4,301 nucleotides of DNA from a virus (lineage: Duplodnaviria; Heunggongvirae; Uroviricota; Caudoviricetes). A model generated the notes under the pieces. The model saw only the letters and a program-made list of their open reading frames with translations. It had not been told where the DNA came from and searched no databases. The translations under genes were made by a program, and so were the position numbers. Position 1 is the first letter of the stretch. Each line of letters opens with the position of its first letter. Shown piece after piece: positions 1-4,301 of this stretch. The stretch is taken from IMG/VR virus record IMGVR_UViG_3300000293_000103. The stretch is one strand, 5' to 3'.

Positions 1-68
1 TCAAAACAACCTTCAGACGTATTAACGTTTGGTAATAACGTTTTCATTATCGCGCCCTCAACAATGAG

Positions 69-208
69 TTTTGTGATGCGGTGCCTGGTGCCTCCAGGTG
101 ACGTTAACCAGTTAACAATTAACGCCGGATACAGAGAATCCACCCATAACACTGTTTTTGGTTTTAACTGTTCCGCGTGCGCTTAGCCGCATTCACCGCA
201 TCACAAAA
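69..208. repeat. Perfect 15-bp inverted repeat pair (TTTTGTGATGCGGTG at 69-83; CACCGCATCACAAAA at 194-208) enclosing 110 bp
   Basis: Exact reverse-complement match read directly. The enclosed segment contains a CCTGG-N5-CCAGG palindrome (84-98) and closely spaced TTAAC repeats (104-108, 112-116, 119-123). No ORF on either strand. Confidence 0.8.
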
Positions 209-350
209 TTCACTTTAAAAAGGGCGGCAGAGCAGTCACGGAGTAAAACTGATACCGCCAAATGTCACCAGAAAATTGATAACAGAGGGCGTTGCAGCGG
301 GGTTGTCACTTAAGCGTATGGTCAACCTGACAACCCGGTGTCCTCAACGG

Positions 351-446
351 NNNNNNNNNNNNNNNNNNNNNNNNNNNNNNNNNNNNNNNNNNNNNNNNNN
401 NNNNNNNNNNNNNNNNNNNNNNNNNNNNNNNNNNNNNNNNNNNNNN
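351..446. other. Run of 96 N (assembly gap or masked sequence)
   Basis: Literal N characters; content cannot be assessed. ORF-track entries 276..539 and 338..700 depend on reading through it. Confidence 0.95.
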
Positions 447-703
447 ATAACCCCGCCATACTTACCGCCGCGCCATTTCGCGGATTGCCACAACCGGAAG
501 CGCACGGTCGACGAAAATTTAACGACAGGCTATCTATGAACCAGCTACCTCGCCGTGCGCTTTCGCGTTATGGTCTGACTTTTCAGGGAAATATCCTTTC
601 AGTAAACTGTCAGTGCCGGATGCTCACCCGTGTCCGGCGCACGCACTCCACCTCACCCGTGGAGAACTCCTTAATTACCAACCTTAGCTTCGTTGGTTAG
701 CTA

Positions 704-922
704 TTAACGCGGGTATGTAATCATTCTGGCAATGCTTAATGCCGCTGCTTTTTCCAGCCTGGTGATATCCTGCTCCAGAGCGGACAGATTTTCAGCCTGC
801 TTAGCCCTGGCTTCATTGGCCCATTTCAGATCCTGCGCTGCATTAATTTTCTGGCGCATCCACTCATAAAGTTCATCATCGGTATAGTCTGGCGCGATGA
901 TGACGGGTTCTCGTTTCTGCAT
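704..922 (-). CDS. Hypothetical small phage protein (72 aa), last gene of the leftward early operon
   Basis: ATG at 922-920 preceded by GAGGAA with a 5-nt spacer; TAA stop at 706-704. Predicted helical, charged protein (MQKREPVIIAPDYTDDELYEWMRQK...). No family recognised. Confidence 0.6.
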   Translation of the reverse strand: MQKREPVIIAPDYTDDELYEWMRQKINAAQDLKWANEARAKQAENLSALEQDITRLEKAAALSIARMITYPR

Positions 923-951
923 ACTGATTCCTCGCGGTGCTGCTTCGCTTA

Positions 952-1080
952 TCAGCCGTTAGATTTTGCCGAGCTGGAAAGCGCCTGTTTAAACTCACTG
1001 AAGCTGAGAGCTTCTTCGCCTTCGGCAAGGCCTTCGAAGTATTCTTCGTAAGCCTTTTCCATGATTGTGTCGAAATCCAT
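952..1080 (-). CDS. Small acidic protein (42 aa, MDFDTIMEKAYEEYFEGLAEGEEALSFSEFKQALSSSAKSNG), absent from the ORF track
   Basis: Translated by hand. ATG at 1080-1078 lies 1 nt after the upstream gene's stop (1084-1082), with AGGTGA just upstream; TGA at 954-952. It fills the gap between the two flanking leftward genes exactly. Too short to be certain. Confidence 0.45.
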   Translation of the reverse strand: MDFDTIMEKAYEEYFEGLAEGEEALSFSEFKQALSSSAKSNG

Positions 1081-1081
1081 A

Positions 1082-1237
1082 TCACTCACCTGAGTTTCTT
1101 TCCAGCCAGCGACGGGCACCATTTTCGGTTTTAAACGTTTTGCTTTTGGTATACGTCATCACGGTGAACGTACCGTCCTGGTTGGGGAACACGCCACATA
1201 CCAGAGATTCGCTGTTGCCAAGATCGATAGTATCCAT
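1082..1237 (-). CDS. Small phage protein (51 aa from the internal ATG; 78 aa if started at 1318), resembling the small YdaF/YdaG-type proteins found next to Rac-type repressors
   Basis: ATG at 1237-1235 is preceded by GAGG with a 5-nt spacer, giving MDTIDLGNSESLVCGVFPNQDGTFTVMTYTKSKTFKTENGARRWLERNSGE. First gene downstream of the leftward promoter. The family resemblance is from memory and the 5' end is ambiguous. Confidence 0.55.
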   Translation of the reverse strand: MDTIDLGNSESLVCGVFPNQDGTFTVMTYTKSKTFKTENGARRWLERNSGE

Positions 1238-1418
1238 GCTGACCTCATTTCCCCTTAACGCCGGGGTAGCGGAACAAAAACCTGCTGCATAGTTATTAAA
1301 GTTGAACCCTGCCGTCATGTTCTTACGCCTCGGGCTGGCTACTTAACCCCTGACCACTGCCTGGTAACTCGAAGTATTGCCCTGCATTCTGTGGGGCGGG
1401 GTGGGTTGGTATGCTGTT

Positions 1419-1447
1419 AAGGTAACAAGAGTTACCTTTCGAGTCAA
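1419..1447 (-). promoter_or_regulatory. Leftward early promoter (PL-like): -35 TTGACT (1447-1442), 17-bp spacer, -10 TACCTT (1424-1419), with embedded operator
   Basis: Hexamers read on the minus strand. The geometry mirrors the rightward promoter at 2220-2249, with the same palindrome in the spacer. The -10 is weak (TAnnnT only). Confidence 0.4.
1421..1436. promoter_or_regulatory. Operator OL: palindrome GGTAAC-AAGA-GTTACC
   Basis: Perfect 6-bp arms with 4-bp spacer; same GTAAC-N4-GTTAC core as the two sites at 2185-2198 and 2233-2246. A lone GGTAAC half-site is at 1363-1368. Confidence 0.55.
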
Positions 1448-1479
1448 TACGATGTTGCAAAAGGTACATTTGAGAGCGT

Positions 1480-1505
1480 GAAAAACCCGCAATGAATGCG
1501 GGTTC
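1480..1505 (-). terminator. Rho-independent terminator of the repressor gene
   Basis: On the minus-strand RNA: 8-bp stem AACCCGCA/UGCGGGUU with loop UUCAU, followed by a U tract (UUUUUC in total); begins 5 nt after the repressor stop (1512-1510). Not terminator-like on the plus strand. Confidence 0.6.
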
Positions 1506-1509
1506 TGAC

Positions 1510-2184
1510 TCAGTCTAAGTATTGATGTATTTGTGAAACTTTACCTTTAATGGTGTAACCACCATTCAGTTCGATGGGTTTGTAAAGCGGATTCAGTGAC
1601 AACAGATAGATGTTTGGTCCGTCAATCGCAACTTTTTTTAGTGTTACGTTTGGCGTTCCTTCCAATTGGATTAAGATTATTTTTCCCACCAGTTCTCTAA
1701 TGTTACTTGAGCATGGTGTGATCAGCACGGTAGATCCATCGGGGATGGTTGGGAGGCCGTTAGAGTTTGTCATCGCATCTCCCTCAACATGCAATAAAAA
1801 AGAGTTTTCAGCGGTTTTTGTCATGACATCAACCCAATTCTTAATGCCAGGAATCTCGGTTACTGGACAACTCATATCCCAATAACCAGCCTGTTCCCAC
1901 GTTAAAACGGGCAACCGGGCGATGTTGTCACTAATGTAAAGATACTGATTCAGACGCAGATCATCGGTTTTATCGTGACCGTCCTTTCCATAAAGAATCC
2001 ATTCAGGAGATTTGGAAAGCAATTTTGACAGTAGATGCAAATTCTCACCGTCAGGTTTTGAAGAGCCATTTTCCCATTTTGTTACGGATACACGAGATAT
2101 GCCGATTGCTTTCGCAACCTGCTGTTGGGTTAATCCAACGTCTTTTCGACGATTCCGAATACGTTCGCTGATAGTGTTTTTCAT
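1510..2184 (-). CDS. Prophage CI/C2-type repressor: N-terminal XRE-family HTH plus C-terminal LexA-like S24 peptidase domain, with Ala at the catalytic Ser position
   Basis: N-terminus MKNTISERIRNRRKDVGLTQQQVAKAIGISRVSVTKWENG matches the P22 C2 / DicA HTH pattern. Linker has an Ala-Gly (EQAGYW) at the expected cleavage position. C-terminus has HVEGDAM...TLKKV, i.e. the S24 motif with Ala for Ser. Start placed at ATG 2184-2182 by alignment to P22 C2; the ORF-track TTG start at 2283 would run across the operators and the cro start. Confidence 0.88.
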   Translation of the reverse strand: MKNTISERIRNRRKDVGLTQQQVAKAIGISRVSVTKWENGSSKPDGENLHLLSKLLSKSPEWILYGKDGHDKTDDLRLNQYLYISDNIARLPVLTWEQAGYWDMSCPVTEIPGIKNWVDVMTKTAENSFLLHVEGDAMTNSNGLPTIPDGSTVLITPCSSNIRELVGKIILIQLEGTPNVTLKKVAIDGPNIYLLSLNPLYKPIELNGGYTIKGKVSQIHQYLD

Positions 2185-2198
2185 GTAACCAATGTTAC
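2185..2198. promoter_or_regulatory. Operator OR-a: GTAAC-CAAT-GTTAC, directly abutting the repressor start codon
   Basis: Palindrome with 5-bp arms and 4-bp spacer, same core as the other two sites. It lies where the repressor-maintenance promoter would be autoregulated. Confidence 0.5.
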
Positions 2199-2219
2199 TA
2201 CCAAGTGATGTTGCTATGG

Positions 2220-2249
2220 TTGACATTGCTATGTAACTATTGTTACCCT
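2220..2249 (+). promoter_or_regulatory. Rightward early promoter (PR-like): -35 TTGACA (2220-2225), 18-bp spacer, -10 TACCCT (2244-2249), with operator OR-b GTAAC-TATT-GTTAC (2233-2246) in the spacer
   Basis: Consensus -35; weak -10; operator overlaps the spacer and -10, the classic repressible arrangement. OR-b differs from the OL core at one central base. Confidence 0.45.
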
Positions 2250-2275
2250 CCTGCTCGAAATAACAGGAGAGTTTT

Positions 2276-2491
2276 ATGTTCAAAGATGATGTTCTGCGCT
2301 ATTTCAAAAAAAAGCGACTAGTAGCTGAGGCTCTTGGAATTTCACATGTGGCTGTTGTGCGGTGGAAAGCAGTTATTCCCAAACTTCGCGCAATGGAACT
2401 GGATGAAATTACTAACGGTGAATTGAAATACAACCCAGAACTTTACAAGAAGCAGGATAGCACCTCGAACGAAGGAAAGAATGATTCATGA
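2276..2491 (+). CDS. Cro-like small HTH regulator (DicC / YdaS-like)
   Basis: AGGAGA 5 nt upstream of the ATG; 71 aa, MFKDDVLRYFKKKRLVAEALGISHVAVVRWKAVIPKLRAMELDEITNGELKYNPELY. Divergent from the repressor. The pattern matches my recollection of Qin DicC (LYFGSKTKLAQAAGI...SWKG...GRAMRLQE..GGELQYDPKVY). Confidence 0.85.
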   Translation: MFKDDVLRYFKKKRLVAEALGISHVAVVRWKAVIPKLRAMELDEITNGELKYNPELYKKQDSTSNEGKNDS

Positions 2492-2913
2492 AAATCAAGC
2501 ATGAACACATCCGCATGGCGATGAATGCCTGGGCGCATCCGGACGGCGAAAAAGTACCGGCTGCGAAAATTACCAAAGCGTATTTCGAGCTGGGAATGAC
2601 GTTCCCGGAACTGTATGACGACAGCCATCCGGAAGCCCTGGCTCGCAATACCCAGAAAATTTTCCGCTGGGTAGAGAAAGACACCCCTGATGCAGTTGAA
2701 AAAATTCAGGCGTTGTTACCAGCGATCGAAAAGGCAATGCCACCTTTGCTGGTGGCCAGAATGCGCAGCCACAGTTCAGCTTATTTTCGGGAGCTGGTGG
2801 AGACGCGGGAGCGACTGGTGAGAGACGCTGATGATTTTGTCGCAGTGGCAATCGCCGGTTTCAATCAGATGAACCGTGGTGGCCCGGCAGGAAATGCTGT
2901 GGCAGTACATTGA
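2488..2913 (+). CDS. ydaT: YdaT-like protein (functional CII analogue / reported toxin in Rac and CP-933P-type prophages)
   Basis: Its ATG (2488) overlaps the cro-like TGA (2489-2491) as ATGA. 141 aa beginning MKIKHEHI, which I recall as the YdaT N-terminus; position matches the racR-ydaS-ydaT-ydaU order. Not searchable here. Confidence 0.7.
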   Translation: MKIKHEHIRMAMNAWAHPDGEKVPAAKITKAYFELGMTFPELYDDSHPEALARNTQKIFRWVEKDTPDAVEKIQALLPAIEKAMPPLLVARMRSHSSAYFRELVETRERLVRDADDFVAVAIAGFNQMNRGGPAGNAVAVH

Positions 2914-2984
2914 CTGACAATAGCCATATCGAATCGCTTCCGGCAACTCGTGAGTAAAAAGATTCGGTATCAGAAGAGGTGAGT

Positions 2985-4139
2985 ATGGCTAACGCCTGGC
3001 TCAGATTATGGCATGACATGCCAAATGACCCTAAGTGGCGAACAATTGCCAGGGTGTCAGGGCAGCCAATTGCAACAGTGATGGCAGTGTATATCCACCT
3101 CCTGGTGAGCGCGTCACGAAATGTCACGCGAGGTCACATTGATGTCACGACAGAAGATTTGGCAAGTGCGCTCGACGTGACAGAAGAGGTAATTGATTCA
3201 ATTTTGCAGACGATGCAGGGGCGGGTACTTGATGGTGATTTAATCACTGGATGGGAAAAACGCCAGGTGCTGAAAGAGGACAACGGCAATATTTCGCAAA
3301 CCGCAAAGTCTCCGGCAGAGCGCAAGAGGGCGCAGCGAGAGAGGGAAAGAAAGCGGGAACAAAATGGCGATTGTCACGGCGAGTCACGAAATGTCACGCA
3401 CATGTCACGACGAGTCACGACAGATAAAGATACAGATAAAGATACAGATCAAGAAGATCAAAACACTATGGTCCATGGCGTAAAAAACGCCACGAACCAG
3501 GCAGGGGATGTTCAGACCGTCACTCCTGGCCAGCCCGCAGGCACGACACCGGAAGCCGATTCAGCGTATGCGCTGAAAGCCGATTCGGGCGCTGTGCAGC
3601 AGGTGATGACCGCAAGGCAGGAGCAATCACACCAACTTCAGCAGCCTGAAGCCGATTCCGCCATTCAGCGGGAANNNNNNNNNNNNNNNNNNNNNNNNNN
3701 NNNNNNNNNNNNNNNNNNNNNNNNNNNNNNNNNNNNNNNNNNNNNNNNNNNNNNNNNNNNNNNNNNNNNNNNNNNNNNNNNCACCGGGCAGCCTATGGGA
3801 CGAGTGGATTATCCTGATGTGTTCGAACAGGTCTGGCGGGAATACCCGTTGCGTGCCGGGGCAAACCCGAAGAAATCCGCTTTCAGTGCCTGGAAAGCCA
3901 GATTACGCGAGGGGGTGCCACCAGAGGCCATGCTGGATGGCGTGAGGCGTTACGCAAGATACCTTGCGGCTACCGGGAAAACGGGAACGGAATTTGTTCA
4001 GCGAGCGACGACGTTTTTTGGACCGGACCGGAATTTTGAAAACCCCTGGCTGCTCCCGGTAAGCGGCACGAACAACCAGCGTTGTGTGAATCATATTTCT
4101 GAACCGGATACCGAAATTCCACCGGGCTTCAGGGGGTAA
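2985..4139 (+). CDS. Phage replication initiator-like protein (lambda O / Rac YdaU-type), with iterons and a low-complexity linker inside the gene
   Basis: ATG 2985 preceded by GAGGTG with a 5-nt spacer (the track's GTG 2979 is 2 codons upstream); TAA at 4137-4139. Structured N-terminal domain, charged KR/DE-rich linker coinciding with the DNA repeats, conserved-looking C-terminal domain (YPDVFEQVWREYP...FSAWKARL...RYARYL...FFGPDRNFENPW). The frame is assumed continuous across the N gap at 3675-3781. Confidence 0.7.
   Translation: MANAWLRLWHDMPNDPKWRTIARVSGQPIATVMAVYIHLLVSASRNVTRGHIDVTTEDLASALDVTEEVIDSILQTMQGRVLDGDLITGWEKRQVLKEDNGNISQTAKSPAERKRAQRERERKREQNGDCHGESRNVTHMSRRVTTDKDTDKDTDQEDQNTMVHGVKNATNQAGDVQTVTPGQPAGTTPEADSAYALKADSGAVQQVMTARQEQSHQLQQPEADSAIQREXXXXXXXXXXXXXXXXXXXXXXXXXXXXXXXXXXXXTGQPMGRVDYPDVFEQVWREYPLRAGANPKKSAFSAWKARLREGVPPEAMLDGVRRYARYLAATGKTGTEFVQRATTFFGPDRNFENPWLLPVSGTNNQRCVNHISEPDTEIPPGFRG
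3113..3149 (+). repeat. Iteron cluster A: four direct GTCAC(G/A) repeats at 3113, 3123, 3133, 3144 (10/10/11-bp phasing), plus an inverted GTGAC at 3177-3181
   Basis: Read directly; the 17-mer GTCACGAAATGTCACGC is identical to one in cluster B (3383-3399). Confidence 0.65.
3373..3419 (+). repeat. Iteron cluster B: five direct GTCACG repeats at 3373, 3383, 3393, 3404, 3414 (10/10/11/10-bp phasing); candidate origin core
   Basis: Read directly; helical-turn phasing is typical of initiator binding sites (lambda ori lies inside O). Immediately followed by the AT-rich repeat. Confidence 0.7.
3421..3464 (+). repeat. AT-rich tandem repeat (CAGATAAAGATA x2, then degenerate CAGATCAAGAAGATCAAAAC) with two GATC sites; candidate DNA-unwinding element
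   Basis: About 70% A+T, A-skewed on the plus strand, adjacent to iteron cluster B; GATC at 3447-3450 and 3456-3459. Encodes the DKDTDKDTDQEDQ linker peptide. Confidence 0.6.
3675..3781. other. Run of 107 N (gap or masked) inside the replication gene
   Basis: Literal N characters; 107 is not a multiple of 3, so reading-frame continuity of the flanking ORF is an assumption. Confidence 0.95.
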
Positions 4140-4179
4140 GTGTTGATTTCTGGTCATGAGGTAATTTTCAGGAGGGCTT

Positions 4180-4301
4180 GTGGCAAAAGTTTTTACACAA
4201 GAAGAGCGAGAAAAAATTAAAGGGCAGGTTGTTGAACTCGTACGCCAGAGTGGGCGTGAGACGTTACGGCAACTGGAAGTCAAGACAGGTGCGACAAGAT
4301 A
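4180..4301 (+). CDS. 5' end of a downstream gene (partial), possibly the next replication gene (helicase-loader position)
   Basis: AGGAGG at 4170-4175, GTG at 4180, open to the window end (VAKVFTQEEREKIKGQVVELVRQSGRETLRQLEVKTGATR). A second frame is also open here, so frame and start are uncertain; the function is guessed from position only. Confidence 0.4.
   Translation, partial: MAKVFTQEEREKIKGQVVELVRQSGRETLRQLEVKTGATR

Noticed and set aside
69-208. Retron msr/msd-like element, considered because of flanking inverted repeats
   Set aside because: The 110-bp interior is short for msr plus msd, no reverse transcriptase ORF follows in the visible sequence, and I cannot identify the conserved branching-G context. 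Left as an unclassified structured element.
677-697. Hairpin ACCAAC-N9-GTTGGT as terminator of the leftward operon
   Set aside because: Only a 6-bp AT-containing stem and no U tract on the minus-strand RNA; not reported as a terminator.
276-700. Plus-strand ORFs 276..539 and 338..700 from the ORF track
   Set aside because: Both are only open by reading through the N gap. The first starts at TTG with no SD, and the translation after the gap is Arg/Cys-rich and not protein-like; the only internal ATG (536) has no SD. Treated as non-coding.
876-1292. ORFs 876..1085 (-), 937..1134 (+) and 1065..1292 (+)
   Set aside because: They overlap the better-supported leftward genes (704..922, 952..1080, 1082..1237) in other frames or antisense, lack SD sequences, and have biased basic or hydrophobic composition typical of spurious frames.
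1610-1885. Plus-strand ORF antisense to the repressor gene
   Set aside because: Lies entirely inside the repressor CDS on the opposite strand; no RBS; the repressor frame carries clear HTH and S24 motifs.
2185-2283. TTG-initiated N-terminal extension of the repressor (ORF track start 2283), and the intermediate ATG at 2226
   Set aside because: The extension would run through both operators, the rightward promoter and the cro start. Alignment with the P22 C2 / DicA N-terminus (M-x-ERIR-x-RRK) fits the ATG at 2184; AGGAGG lies 20 nt from the 2226 ATG, too far to serve as its SD.
2412-3325. Minus-strand ORFs 2412..2684, 2443..2628, 2570..2851, 2861..3127, 3134..3325
   Set aside because: All are antisense to the cro-like, YdaT-like and replication genes, with no start signals and low-complexity Arg/Ser/Cys-rich translations.
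3113-3419. Possible CRISPR array, considered because of short regularly spaced direct repeats
   Set aside because: Repeat period is only 10-11 bp with no spacers of 30 bp or more, no leader, and the repeats are in frame within a coding sequence; iterons explain them better.
3903-4283. Minus-strand 126-aa ORF
   Set aside because: Antisense to the C-terminal domain of the replication gene and the next gene's start; Arg/Ser-rich translation, no SD.

Overview
This window reads as the immunity and early-replication module of a lambdoid (Rac / CP-933 / P22-like) enterobacterial prophage; all calls are made by eye from the sequence, with no database search. The centre is a divergent switch: a leftward CI/C2-type repressor (1510..2184, HTH plus LexA-like S24 domain) faces a rightward Cro-like gene (2276..2491) across a 91-bp region carrying two GTAAC-N4-GTTAC palindromes. 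A third copy of the palindrome sits inside a leftward promoter (1419..1447) that drives three small genes (1237..704). Rightward, the Cro-like gene overlaps a YdaT-like gene (2488..2913) by ATGA, followed by a phage replication-initiator-like gene (2985..4139) and the start of another gene (4180..end). The two most notable observations are that the repressor's S24 catalytic serine position is alanine (GDAM instead of GDSM), and that the replication gene contains two clusters of GTCACG iterons phased at 10-11 bp, the second abutting an AT-rich tandem repeat with two GATC sites (candidate origin). The left ~700 bp has no convincing ORF, contains a 96-nt N gap, and carries a perfect 15-bp inverted-repeat pair; a second 107-nt N gap lies inside the replication gene. 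I do not see an obviously novel defence or other multi-gene system; the content is explained by a prophage switch/replication region plus one uninterpretable structured leader.
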